Made by a program: the position numbers and the translations under genes
NCBI GenBank assembly: GCA_041082215.1
Contig: JBDOIF010000050.1
Coordinates: 1-52,257 of the forward strand
DNA length: 52,257 bases
Reading direction: 5' to 3'
From: Anaerolineae bacterium
GTDB taxonomy: Bacteria > Chloroflexota > Anaerolineae > B4-G1 > DUEL01
Part shown: positions 38,004 through 47,756 of the stretch, piece by piece
How the letters are laid out: each line of letters begins with the position of its first letter
Position numbering within the stretch: the stretch's first letter is position 1
Notes under the pieces: model-generated
Database searches by the model: none
Seen by the model: only the letters and a program-made list of their open reading frames with translations
Told to the model about the DNA's origin: nothing

Positions 38004-39005
38004 CTACCAGATCCTTTCCACAGCCAGGTAGATCAGCCCCGCCACGAGGGCTGAAGCCGGTATGGTGAGCAGCCAGGCCATCACAATCTGCCCCACCACA
38101 CCCCAACGGACCTTGCTCAGGCGCTCCGCCGATCCCACCCCCAGGATAGAAGTGCTCACCACGTGGGTGGTGCTCACCGGACCGCCGATGAGGGCGGCCC
38201 CCAGGATGACCCCCGCCGAGGCGATCTGGGAGGCAAAGCTATGGACCGGCCGGATTTTGTAGAACCTGCCGCCCAGGGTATGGATGATCCGCCAGCCTCC
38301 CAGCGCCGTCCCCAGCGCCATCGCCCCAGCACAGGCGGCGATCACCCAGAAAGGGACATGGAAACGGGACAAAGCCCCCTGGGCCAGGAGGCCCATCGTG
38401 ATGATCCCCATCGTCTTCTGGGCATCGTTGGTCCCGTGGCTCAGAGCCAGGGCGGTGGCCGTGACCATCTGGGCCCGCTTGAAAAAGAAGTTGATGCGGG
38501 GCGTGGCCGCCCGGGCCAGGAAGAGAGTGAGCTTCATCAGGAAGTAGCCTGACATCAGGCCGATGAAGGGAGAGATGAAGAGCGTCAAAACCACCTTTGT
38601 CAGGCCTGGCAGCAGGATGGCGTCGAAGCCGTAGCTCACCGTCGCCGCCCCGATCAGCCCCCCCACCAGGGCGTGGGAGGAGCTGGAAGGGATGCCGAAA
38701 AGCCAGGTGACCACATTCCACACAATGGCCCCCATCAGCGCTGCCAGGACCGTCGGCAGCGTAGCCGCCTCCTCGGCGATCACCTCATGGCCGATAGTCG
38801 TGGCGACGGCGACGCCGAAGAGGAAGGGGCCGGCGAAGTTGGCCACAGCGTTGAGGGCCAGCGCCGACCGTGGCGACATGGCCCGCGAGGAAATCATCGT
38901 CGCCACCGTGTTGGCGCTGTCGTGGAAGCCGTTGAGGAAGTCAAAGAGCAGCGCGGTAGCGACAAAGAAAATCAGAAACGGCGTCAATGCAGATAAACCG
39001 TCCAC
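38004..39005 (-). CDS. PiT family inorganic phosphate transporter
   Basis: NGFHDSAN, GIPSSSSHAL, HGTNDAQK and PVSTTH motifs. Confidence 0.96.
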   Translation of the reverse strand: MDGLSALTPFLIFFVATALLFDFLNGFHDSANTVATMISSRAMSPRSALALNAVANFAGPFLFGVAVATTIGHEVIAEEAATLPTVLAALMGAIVWNVVTWLFGIPSSSSHALVGGLIGAATVSYGFDAILLPGLTKVVLTLFISPFIGLMSGYFLMKLTLFLARAATPRINFFFKRAQMVTATALALSHGTNDAQKTMGIITMGLLAQGALSRFHVPFWVIAACAGAMALGTALGGWRIIHTLGGRFYKIRPVHSFASQIASAGVILGAALIGGPVSTTHVVSTSILGVGSAERLSKVRWGVVGQIVMAWLLTIPASALVAGLIYLAVERIW

Positions 39006-39135
39006 AACACTCCCATATACCTGTCTTTACCACAGAGGCGCAGAGAACACAGAGGGTTCGAAACCTTTTTACACTTCTCCGTGTCCCCTGCACCTCCGTG
39101 GCGTATTCATCCTCTCCCCGCTCGGGGCCGGTCGG

Positions 39136-39903
39136 TTACCTTCCCGAGAAGTACGCGATCAGCTGGTCAAGCCGGAGGACGCCGTCGTAAGCCAGCCCCT
39201 CGCCTCCCTTCTTGAGCACCCCCTTCTCGCCGTCGGGGTCGCCCAGGCAGGTGACGACAATATCCGCCTCGCTCAGGTCCTCCCGCTCCGTGTAGACGTT
39301 GGTCGTCGCCACGACGTGCATCCCCGCCGCCTTGGCTGCCAGCACTCCGTTGCGGGAGTCCTCGATGACAATGCACTGATCCGGCCTGAGGCCGGTCCGC
39401 TCCAGCGCCAGGAGATAGATCTCGGGGTCCGGCTTCTTCCGGCTCACCACGTCCCCGGCGAGGACAAAGTCGAAGCGGATGTCCTTGAGGATCTGGTAAG
39501 CGATGGCGTGGGCCGCCCGCTCGTTGGAGGTGGTGCAGACACCGATGATCAGCCCGGCGTCCATCGCCTCCCGCATCAGCCGCCTGACCCCCGGGCGGAT
39601 GGGGAGCTTACCGCTTTCGATCAGCTCGATGAAGATCTCCGTTTTCCGCTGGTGGAGCCGCTTGATCAGATCGTCCTCTTCCTCCGGCTTCACCTCGACG
39701 CCGAAGCCCTCGGTGTGGAGATAGTGGCGCATCCGCTCCTTACCACCGGCGATCTGGAGCAGCTCGTGGTACTTTTCCACATCCCATTCAAAGTTGAAGC
39801 CAAACTCCCGGAAGGCCATATTGAAGGCCACCCGGTGACCATCCCGCTCCGTATCTATAATCACCCCATCCTGGTCGAAAATCAACGCCCTGATCTCCGC
39901 CAT
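39136..39903 (-). CDS. HAD-IA hydrolase, CbbY-like sugar-phosphate phosphatase
   Basis: FDQDGV, TERDGHRVAFN, GGKERM, KKPDP and IEDSRNG motifs. Confidence 0.9.
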   Translation of the reverse strand: MAEIRALIFDQDGVIIDTERDGHRVAFNMAFREFGFNFEWDVEKYHELLQIAGGKERMRHYLHTEGFGVEVKPEEEDDLIKRLHQRKTEIFIELIESGKLPIRPGVRRLMREAMDAGLIIGVCTTSNERAAHAIAYQILKDIRFDFVLAGDVVSRKKPDPEIYLLALERTGLRPDQCIVIEDSRNGVLAAKAAGMHVVATTNVYTEREDLSEADIVVTCLGDPDGEKGVLKKGGEGLAYDGVLRLDQLIAYFSGR

Positions 39904-39932
39904 CTCCCTTCTCCTTATCCCCAGTCACCCAG

Positions 39933-41042
39933 TCACCGGGAAAAGAACTCCCGGATCACCTCCACCGCCATCCGGTTTTCCTCCTCCGTGCCGATGGTGA
40001 TGCGGAAGAAGCCATCGCGGCCGTACATTTCCGACTGGGGCCGGAAGATCAGCCCTCGCTGGCGGGCAAACTCCACCATGTCCTTCCCCGTCTTGCCCGC
40101 GTCGCTGCCGTCGAAGAGGATATAGTTGGCGTAGGAGTGGAAGAACCTGAGGCCGGGGACGTCTTTCAGCGACTCCTCGATGTAGGCGACCTGCCGGTTG
40201 TTGAACTCCACCCGCTCCCGCAGTGCTTCGGTATCCTCCAGGGCTGCCAGCGCCGCCCACATCGGGATCGTCCCCACGTTCCAGGGAATAAGCATCGCCG
40301 CGATCTGGGAGATCACCTCCTTATCTCCCAGCGCGTAGCCGAAGCGGAGGCCGGCCAGCCCGTACGCCTTGGAGAGGGTGCGGGTGATGATGACGTTCCG
40401 GTACTTCTTGGTCAGCCCCACCTGGGAGCGTTCCAGGCCGGCGAACTCGACATATGCCTCATCCACGACGAAGGGGACCCCCGTCTCGGCGATGCGGACA
40501 AAGTCCGCGGGGTCCATAAAGTTGCCGGTGGGATTGTTGGGGTTGGCGATGACGATGATCTTCGTCTTCGGCGTGATGGCGGCGATCACGGCGTTGGCGT
40601 CGAACAGAAAGCGGTTGTTCTCTCTGTCGTAGATCATCGGCACCGAGACCAGCTTGCCCCCCAGCGCCGCACACCGCAGCTTATAGATGCCGAAGCAGGG
40701 GGTATGCTGGATCACCTCTTCCCCCGGCAGGAGGAAACTGCGGAAGATCATATCGAAGACCTCGCTGGAGCCGTTGCCGATCATCACGTTCTCCGGCCCC
40801 TCCAGCCCGTTGATCTCGGCGATCCTGGAGCGGACCACCAGCCCCTGGTCCGGGTATCGGTTGGCCATCTTCCCGTACTTGACGATCGCCTCCAGCACCT
40901 TTTCGGAAGGCGGGAGGGGGTTCTCGTTGGACATCATTCGATGGAGGCTTGGATCCCGCCAGGCCAGTTCGATGTGGGATGAGATATACATTTTTTGCCC
41001 GCGCAGCCACGGGACGAAGTACTCCTCAACGCTCTTTCCCAT
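39933..41042 (-). CDS. PLP-dependent aminotransferase, HisC-like (class I/II)
   Basis: SNENP, GNGSSE, NPNNPTG, DEAY and RTLSKAYGLAGLRFGY motifs. Confidence 0.9.
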   Translation of the reverse strand: MGKSVEEYFVPWLRGQKMYISSHIELAWRDPSLHRMMSNENPLPPSEKVLEAIVKYGKMANRYPDQGLVVRSRIAEINGLEGPENVMIGNGSSEVFDMIFRSFLLPGEEVIQHTPCFGIYKLRCAALGGKLVSVPMIYDRENNRFLFDANAVIAAITPKTKIIVIANPNNPTGNFMDPADFVRIAETGVPFVVDEAYVEFAGLERSQVGLTKKYRNVIITRTLSKAYGLAGLRFGYALGDKEVISQIAAMLIPWNVGTIPMWAALAALEDTEALRERVEFNNRQVAYIEESLKDVPGLRFFHSYANYILFDGSDAGKTGKDMVEFARQRGLIFRPQSEMYGRDGFFRITIGTEEENRMAVEVIREFFSR

Positions 41043-41106
41043 ATTTACTGCAACTCCTTTCAGTGGTCTCCTGATCACCCAGTCATCGGGTCACCGAGTC
41101 ACCCAC

Positions 41107-41985
41107 TCACCCTGCCTTTCCCGCGCAGCCTAGGATGTCAATCCAGTAGGCGATCTTCGCCCGGGTGGCGTCCTTCACCACTGCGTCCACCTTCCCCGGG
41201 TCGTATTCCTCCCGATGGGCGGAGATGTAGTCGAAAGTGGCGTCTATGAGGACGTGCTTGAGATCGGTGGAGACGTTGAACTTGGCGCCGCCCAGCTCGA
41301 TCAGCCGCTGCACCGTAGCGGGCGGGAGGCCGGTCCCTCCGTGGATCACCAGCGGGACACGGGGGCCGCTCCCGTTGAGGAGCCGGTTGATCCGGTCCAG
41401 CCGCGCGAAATCGAGCTTGGGGTCCTTGGTCTTGTAGATGCCGTGGGCGGTCCCGATGGCCGGTGCCAGCAGGTCCACCCCCGTCTGTTCGACGAAGATC
41501 ACCGCCTCGTCGGGGTTACAGAGGACCGCTTCATCCTCCACCACCCGGATCTGGTCCTCCACGCCGACGATGGCCCCCAGTTCCCCCTCTACCGAGATGT
41601 TGCCCACCCCATGGCAGTAATCGCACACCTCTCTGGTCAGGCGGACATTTTCCTCGAAGGGGCGCTTGGAGGCGTCAATCATAATGCTGGTGTAGCCGGC
41701 ATCGGCGCAGGCCTTGCAGTAGCCGACATCCTCGCAGTGGTCCAGGTGGATAGCGATGGGGATGGGGGCGGATTCGGCCAGCGTCCGATAGACCGCAACC
41801 AGGACATGGCGGCCCAGGAACTTGGAGGGCTTCACCGAGGTCTGGATGATCAGCGGTGCACGCTTCTCGATCGCTGCCTCGATCACCGCCTCCATCTGGA
41901 TGATATTGGTCACGTTGAAGGCGCCCACAGCATACTTCCCCGCCGCCGCCTCCAGCAGAATCTCCTTCGCATTTGCTATCGTCAT
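41107..41985 (-). CDS. Class II (Zn) fructose/tagatose-bisphosphate aldolase family protein
   Basis: GAFN, HLDH, VEGELG, GTAHG and HGGTG motifs. Confidence 0.93.
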   Translation of the reverse strand: MTIANAKEILLEAAAGKYAVGAFNVTNIIQMEAVIEAAIEKRAPLIIQTSVKPSKFLGRHVLVAVYRTLAESAPIPIAIHLDHCEDVGYCKACADAGYTSIMIDASKRPFEENVRLTREVCDYCHGVGNISVEGELGAIVGVEDQIRVVEDEAVLCNPDEAVIFVEQTGVDLLAPAIGTAHGIYKTKDPKLDFARLDRINRLLNGSGPRVPLVIHGGTGLPPATVQRLIELGGAKFNVSTDLKHVLIDATFDYISAHREEYDPGKVDAVVKDATRAKIAYWIDILGCAGKAG

Positions 41986-42057
41986 CTTTCCTCCCCATCA
42001 TTTTTTACAGATTTTCTACCACAGCCAGTCACCCAGTCACCCAGTCACCCCATCCCC

Positions 42058-43251
42058 CTACCCCCTCACCTGAGCCACCCGCTGGCGGACGTACTCCTCC
42101 AGCCCGCTGGCCGCCTTTGAGAACTGCTCGATGGTGAAGAGGGTGGACGGATGGGTGTTGAACTGCTCCAGCTCCAACCCGTTAGGGTCGTAGGCCTGGA
42201 TACAGAAGGGGATCCTCGACATTTTGTCCAGCACCTCCTCGGGCACCGGCTCCTCGATCTCGGGGCGGAAGTGGAGGCCGTCACCAATGGCGAAGAGGGG
42301 TTCCAGGACGTAAGGGGGAAAGGTGAAGACAATGTCCCCCCCGGCCAGCTTCTCGATATCCCAGAACCGGGGTTTACCGGCCACCAGCGGCCCGTGCCGC
42401 AGGGAGCAGGCCAGCATCTTGCTGGGATACCCCAGGTCCTGCAGCATACGGTAGGCCCGCCGGAAGACGGCGATGCCGAACCAGTGGCGGTCCTGTCGGG
42501 TCAGTTCGATCCCCCGTCGCTCGGCCTGGATGGTGAGCGCCTCCCGTTCCGTCAGCCGGCCGATCATCATAGTGATCACCGCCCGCCAGCGGGAGAGGTC
42601 CACCCCGTTCTTCTCAGCGATCCGCACCCCTTCCACCGTCGCCCGGGCGGAGGCGAGGATCTGGGGGAGGGTGAAACAGACCGTCGTGTTGGTGGAGATG
42701 CCCTTTGAGTTGAGGACCTTGATGACCTCGATCCCCTCCTGGCTGGCCGGGACCTTGATCATCACGTTAGGGGAGAGGGCGCTCAGCTCTTCTGCCTGCT
42801 GGATCATCACATCCTTTTCTGTGAAGAGACGGGGGTCGAGCTGGCCAGAGATCCAGCCGAAACGGCCGTTAGAGGCCTCGAAGATAGGCATATACATCTC
42901 TGCGCCCCGCTTCACCACCTCCTTGTACGTGCGCCAGAAAATCCCTTTGACGTCCATCTCCGGGTGGGCGCGGATGAGGTCATCCACCCACCGATCCCAG
43001 AAGGCCGGATCGCTCTGAACGGCCTGGAGGGAAAGAGGCGGGTTCGTGGTGCATCCCCGGAAGACACTCCGGGCCGGGTCATCGGCCACGTAGAGCCGCC
43101 GGAGTTGCTCCTCCAGCACCGACCGTCGTTCCGGTGGGGCAGCGTTCAGCATACCCTGCACCCACTTCTCGAAGATCAGAGGGGACGAATCCCACCAGAT
43201 CTCCATATCCGGATGGGTCTTCGTCAACCGTTCCACCGGACTTTCGACCAT
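42058..43251 (-). CDS. Transaldolase family protein (divergent, long form)
   Basis: WWDS, TTNPPL, Schiff-base Lys in VMIKVP, and NTTVCF. Confidence 0.88.
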   Translation of the reverse strand: MVESPVERLTKTHPDMEIWWDSSPLIFEKWVQGMLNAAPPERRSVLEEQLRRLYVADDPARSVFRGCTTNPPLSLQAVQSDPAFWDRWVDDLIRAHPEMDVKGIFWRTYKEVVKRGAEMYMPIFEASNGRFGWISGQLDPRLFTEKDVMIQQAEELSALSPNVMIKVPASQEGIEVIKVLNSKGISTNTTVCFTLPQILASARATVEGVRIAEKNGVDLSRWRAVITMMIGRLTEREALTIQAERRGIELTRQDRHWFGIAVFRRAYRMLQDLGYPSKMLACSLRHGPLVAGKPRFWDIEKLAGGDIVFTFPPYVLEPLFAIGDGLHFRPEIEEPVPEEVLDKMSRIPFCIQAYDPNGLELEQFNTHPSTLFTIEQFSKAASGLEEYVRQRVAQVRG

Positions 43252-43297
43252 AGATACCTCCTGAATTTACAACAGCGGATTGGCCGGATTTACGAAA

Positions 43298-43315
43298 CAG
43301 GACTTACGCAGTTCG
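43298..43315 (+). repeat. 18-bp motif CAGGACTTACGCAGTTCG, copy 2
   Basis: Identical to the reverse complement of 5110-5127. Confidence 0.7.
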
Positions 43316-43377
43316 CAACTGTTCAGCTTTTTTTCTCGCCCCTGCGGCATTTATCCCCGCGTCTCCGCGTCATTCCC

Positions 43378-45816
43378 TCACGCCCGCACCCGCTCCCCTT
43401 TCGGATCCCAGAGAGGTTCCCGTTCCACCACCGCCTCGATTCGCTCCCCCAGGATTTCGACCGTCAACTGAGTGCCGATCGAAGCATATTCGAGCGGCAG
43501 GTAGCCGTAGGCGATGCTCTTCTGGACCGCGTAGCCGTACCCGCCGGAGGTCACCCAGCCGACCACGTCCTCTTCTCCCCGCAGTCGGATCGGCTCCTTG
43601 CCGATCACCACTGCCGTCGGGTCGGCCAGGCTCATGCAGCAGAGCTTCTGCCGAATCCCGGCTTTCTTCTGAGCCAGCAGCGCCTGCCGACCCAGGAACT
43701 CTCCTTTATCCAGCCGCACGGCAAAGCCCAGGCCGGCCTCGAAGGGGGTGTAATCGGGAGAGATGTCGGCGCTCCAGTACCGGTATCCCTTCTCCAGCCG
43801 GAGGGTATCAATGGCCCGGTAGCCAGCCGGCACCAGCCCTTCCGGCTCCCCGGCTTCCCAGAGGGTGTCCCACAGCCGCTGGCCGTATTCCGTAGGGCAG
43901 TAAAACTCCCAGCCCAGTTCCCCCACATAGGTCACCCGGAGCGCCAGCACCGGCACATAGCCGATGGCGATCCGTTTCGCCGTCATGTAGGGGAAGCCCT
44001 CGTTGGAGACATCGTCCCTGGTGGCCCGCTGGAGGATGGCGCGGGCGCGCGGCCCCCACAGCCCCAGGCAGGCGTAGGCGGAGGTGACATCCTCGACGAT
44101 GACGGAGCCATCCTCCGGCATATGGAGCCGCAGCCAGGAGAGGTCGTGCTCCCCGAAGGCGGTGCCGCTGATGATGAGGAACCGGTCCTCCTCCAATCGG
44201 GTGATGGTGACATCGCACTCGATGCCGCCGCGGGGGTTGAGCATCGGCGAGTAGGTCACACTTCCCACCGGCCGGTCCAGGTCGTTGGCGCAGAGGTGCT
44301 GGAGGAAGGCCAGCGCTCCGGAGCCGCGCACCTCGGTTTTGGAGAAGGAGGTCTCGTCGAAGAGGCCGGCCCGCTCGCGGGTGGCGAGATGCTCGTAGCC
44401 TATGGCGGGCGACCAGTGGTAGCGGGCCCAGCCCCGCGGCTCGTAGCCGTGGGTCGCTTTCCCCTCGTGGGGCGCGTACCAGTTGGGCCGCTCCCACCCG
44501 GCCTTCTCCCCGAAGACCGCTCCCAGCGCTTTCTGACGGTGATAGGCGGGGGAAAGGCGGAGCGGCCGGGCGGACTCCCGCTCCTCGTTGGGATAATGGA
44601 TGTCGTAGTGACGGGAGGCGGTCTCCAGGGTACGGGCCAGCACGTAGTCCTGGCTGGCGTAGTTGGGGCCGAACCGCCGCACGTCGAGCCGCCACACGTC
44701 CCACTCCGGCTGTCCCTCGACGATCCACTCCGCCATCACCTTGCCGATGCCGCCGGCGCCGGCCAGCCCGTGGGCGCAGAAGGCAGCGGCCACCCAGAAT
44801 CCCTTGACCGAGGTGGGGCCGAGGAGGAACTCGCTATCGGGGGTGAAGGCCTCAGGGCCGTTGAGGAGCTGGACGATGCCGGCCTTTTCCAGGGCGGGTA
44901 CCCGCCGGATGGCGTTCTCCATCAGAGGAGTGAAGCGGTCCCAGTCGGGGGCCAGGAGCTGGTAGCTGAAATCGGGGGGAATGCCATCCAGCCCCCAGGG
45001 GGCCGGGTTCCGCTCGTAGCCGCCCATCACCAGCCCCCCCACCTCCTCGCGGAAATAGACCAGGAGGTCGGGGTCGCGCAGGCTGGGGAGGTCGCGGGTG
45101 ATCCCCTCGATCGGCTCGGTGATGAGGTACTGATGGGCGATGGGGATCACCGGCAGCCGCAGGCCCACCATCCGGCCGATCTCACCGGCCCACTGGCCCG
45201 CCGCATTGACCACGATCTCCGTCTCGATGCTCCCCCGGTCGGTGATGACCTTATGGACGCGCCCTTTATGCAACGCAATCCCGGTCACCCGGGTGTTGAG
45301 AAAGATGCGGGCGCCGCGGGCTTTGGCCCCGGCCGCCAGGGCCATCGTGAGGCCAGAGGGGTCAACCCGGCCGTCGGTGGGCATGTAGGCCGCCCCCACA
45401 ACGCCATCGAGGGTCATCAGCGGGAAGAGCTCCTGGGCCTCGCGGGGGGTGATCAGCTCCAGCGGCATGCCGAAGGAGCGGGCCAGCCCCACCAGCCGCT
45501 TGAGCGCCTCCAGCCGTTCCGGCGAGGAGGCGAGCTGCAGGCTGCCACACTGATACCAGCCGGGGTCCTGGCCGGTCTCATCCTTCAGCTTCTTGTACAG
45601 CTCGGTGCTGTAGCACATCATCCGGGTGAGGTTGACGTCGGAGCGCAACTGCCCGACCAGGCCGGCCGAGTGCCAGGTGGAGCCGCTGGTCAGTTCGTGC
45701 CGTTCGAGGAGGACCACATCGGTCCACCCCATCCGGGTGAGATGGTAGGCGATGCTGCATCCGCCGACACCGCCGCCGATGATGACGACATGGGCATGAG
45801 AGGGAAGTTCTGCCAT
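43378..45816 (-). CDS. GcvT-family FAD-dependent oxidoreductase (dimethylglycine/sarcosine dehydrogenase-like)
   Basis: GGGVGG dinucleotide fold, GSTWHSAG covalent-FAD His, GWERPNW, GELGWE and LRLEKGY motifs. Confidence 0.93.
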   Translation of the reverse strand: MAELPSHAHVVIIGGGVGGCSIAYHLTRMGWTDVVLLERHELTSGSTWHSAGLVGQLRSDVNLTRMMCYSTELYKKLKDETGQDPGWYQCGSLQLASSPERLEALKRLVGLARSFGMPLELITPREAQELFPLMTLDGVVGAAYMPTDGRVDPSGLTMALAAGAKARGARIFLNTRVTGIALHKGRVHKVITDRGSIETEIVVNAAGQWAGEIGRMVGLRLPVIPIAHQYLITEPIEGITRDLPSLRDPDLLVYFREEVGGLVMGGYERNPAPWGLDGIPPDFSYQLLAPDWDRFTPLMENAIRRVPALEKAGIVQLLNGPEAFTPDSEFLLGPTSVKGFWVAAAFCAHGLAGAGGIGKVMAEWIVEGQPEWDVWRLDVRRFGPNYASQDYVLARTLETASRHYDIHYPNEERESARPLRLSPAYHRQKALGAVFGEKAGWERPNWYAPHEGKATHGYEPRGWARYHWSPAIGYEHLATRERAGLFDETSFSKTEVRGSGALAFLQHLCANDLDRPVGSVTYSPMLNPRGGIECDVTITRLEEDRFLIISGTAFGEHDLSWLRLHMPEDGSVIVEDVTSAYACLGLWGPRARAILQRATRDDVSNEGFPYMTAKRIAIGYVPVLALRVTYVGELGWEFYCPTEYGQRLWDTLWEAGEPEGLVPAGYRAIDTLRLEKGYRYWSADISPDYTPFEAGLGFAVRLDKGEFLGRQALLAQKKAGIRQKLCCMSLADPTAVVIGKEPIRLRGEEDVVGWVTSGGYGYAVQKSIAYGYLPLEYASIGTQLTVEILGERIEAVVEREPLWDPKGERVRA

Positions 45817-45888
45817 TCTGGGTATCTCCTTGAGGTTCTGGCCGTTCGATCCGTTCAGGACTCACACATCTGTGGTTTTCCGCCCGTT

Positions 45889-46680
45889 TTATTCAACCTC
45901 GTCCACTTCCTTATACCATTTGACCCGGTCGCCCAGCCGGGCCCGCAGCCGCCAGCCTGCCGTCTTCGGCTCCGCCTCGATCCGGGCCAGCGCCGTCTCC
46001 ACCTGGGCGGCCACATGGGCCTTCTGCTCGTCGCTCAGCTGGGGGTAACGGTGCACCAACTGGCGCACCTTGTCCAGATTCATCGTCGTCGTGCGCCAGA
46101 GGCCCCAATCCCGGGCACACAGCTCCGCCACACGGCAGAGGTTGATCGTTTCCCTGTCCGTATCCCCCAGGGGATGCTCCAGGAGCAGCATAATGGTGTC
46201 TACCACGTCCTTCTCGTTGAGCTTCACAATCTGCATCTTTTCCAGCAGCATCTCCGCCAGAGGGATCGTGGGCGCGTCCACCTCCAGCCGCCCGGTCCAG
46301 GGGATGATGTGGCAGAAGTCGAGGCGGTCGTAGAACACGTCCACATGGATGGGGTGTTCCAGATGGGCGAAGATGGCCCGCTGTCCCCCGCTGACGACCG
46401 AGACCTCCTGATTCTCGATATAACCGAGGCTGGCCATCAGTTCGCCAACCGCTCTGGACTGGCGGGAATATCCGGCGAGGTCAATGTCGGTATAGGCGCG
46501 GCCCATTTCCGCCTGGAGGTAGCCGTACCGGGGGCAGTGGAGCTGGAAGGCCAGGGAGCCGAGAACCCGCAGCATCAGCCCTCCCTCGTCGCCAGCCCTG
46601 ATGATACGCCAGAGTTCCTGCTCGAACCGCTCCCGTTCGGCCCTGTCCTGAGGGTACATCCCGACCGGAGTTGAGGACAT
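45889..46680 (-). CDS. Uncharacterised Pol-beta superfamily nucleotidyltransferase-like protein
   Basis: LGSLAF...YTDIDL (GS..DxD), third acidic residue in VDVF, and EKMQI. Confidence 0.7.
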   Translation of the reverse strand: MSSTPVGMYPQDRAERERFEQELWRIIRAGDEGGLMLRVLGSLAFQLHCPRYGYLQAEMGRAYTDIDLAGYSRQSRAVGELMASLGYIENQEVSVVSGGQRAIFAHLEHPIHVDVFYDRLDFCHIIPWTGRLEVDAPTIPLAEMLLEKMQIVKLNEKDVVDTIMLLLEHPLGDTDRETINLCRVAELCARDWGLWRTTTMNLDKVRQLVHRYPQLSDEQKAHVAAQVETALARIEAEPKTAGWRLRARLGDRVKWYKEVDEVE

Positions 46681-46720
46681 TCGGGGTCTCCTCCAGTTTT
46701 CTCGACCTGAAGAGTTTCCC

Positions 46721-46775
46721 CTATTATAGCCAAAAGGCCAAAACTTGCAAATTGGGGCAAAATTTGCTATAATAG
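46721..46775. promoter_or_regulatory. Symmetric bidirectional sigma70 promoter
   Basis: Palindromic TTGCAA at 46745-46750, with TATAAT at 46768-46773 (+ strand, N17) and 46723-46728 (- strand, N16). CTATTATAGC/GCTATAATAG form a perfect inverted repeat. Confidence 0.75.
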
Positions 46776-46880
46776 AGTATGAATCGTTCAAGATTTGTCA
46801 TCCTACACACAGAGCGTAGCGGAGAACGCCAGCCATAGCTGCCCTCGGGGAGGCGCAGCGAAAGAGCAGGTAGAGCACAG

Positions 46881-47669
46881 ATGGGCAAGCACCTCATCCC
46901 CGCTCAGCGGCGCGAGCGGATACGGGAGCATCTGCAGGCCTACCGCGTCGCCCGTATCGCCGATCTCGTGGAGATGCTGGAGGTCTCAGAGGCCACCGTC
47001 CGCCGCGACCTGGAATGGCTGGAGCAACACGGCTTTCTGGAGCGTACCCATGGCGGGGCGATCCTCAGCCAGCGGATGCCGCTTGAGCCGGAGTACGCCT
47101 ACAGGGCACGGACCCATCCGGAAGAGAAGCGGCAGATCGGGGCAGCGGCAGCGGCTCTGATCGAAGACGGAGACGTGGTTTTCATCAACAGTGGCACCAC
47201 CGCCACCCAGGTCTTTCATCACATTCAGCCGGGGGCGAACATCACTGTGGTCACCAACAATGTGAGCGCCGTGCTGGAGGTGCCGGCCCCGGGCTTCCAG
47301 TTGATCCTGGTAGGGGGGACCTTTCGCCCTCCCTCCAATTCGGTGGCCGGGCCGATCGCCGCCCTCGCCATCCGCCAGATATACGCCAGCAAGGCCCTCA
47401 TCGGTGTGGACGGCATCAGCCCGAAGTTTGGCTGCACCATCCCCAGCGAGGCGGAAGCGGAGGTGGCCCGACTGATGATCGAGCGCACCCGCGGCCCCAT
47501 CATCGCCCTGGCCGACCACAGCAAGTGGGGTGTGGTCTCCAACTTCCAGATCGCCTCCATCGAACAGATCCACATCCTTATCACCGATCGCCAGCTCGAC
47601 CCCAGCGCCCGCGCCGAACTGGCGGCCCGTTCCGTCAAAGTCATCATCGCCGGCACTGAGGAACACTGA
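46881..47669 (+). CDS. DeoR/GlpR family transcriptional regulator
   Basis: VSEATVRRDL HTH, RTHGGA, NSGTT and ADHSK motifs. Confidence 0.96.
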   Translation: MGKHLIPAQRRERIREHLQAYRVARIADLVEMLEVSEATVRRDLEWLEQHGFLERTHGGAILSQRMPLEPEYAYRARTHPEEKRQIGAAAAALIEDGDVVFINSGTTATQVFHHIQPGANITVVTNNVSAVLEVPAPGFQLILVGGTFRPPSNSVAGPIAALAIRQIYASKALIGVDGISPKFGCTIPSEAEAEVARLMIERTRGPIIALADHSKWGVVSNFQIASIEQIHILITDRQLDPSARAELAARSVKVIIAGTEEH

Positions 47670-47756
47670 AAAATACCGCGTCGCGGCGCAAGATTGAGCC
47701 TTGCGCCCCATTTCCAGCCGTCTCAATTGATGTCTGATTCTCCACGAGAGGAGAGC

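Noticed and set aside
5127..43298. A single 38-kb composite transposon bounded by the two 18-bp motifs
   Set aside because: The motifs face outward if CAGG is the terminus, no transposase is present, and the interval contains core genes (ruvA, ruvC, yebC, murJ).
42964..46674. 1236-aa plus-strand ORF
   Set aside because: It is antisense to the clearly recognisable transaldolase, GcvT-family and nucleotidyltransferase genes and has no motifs; a typical high-GC shadow ORF.
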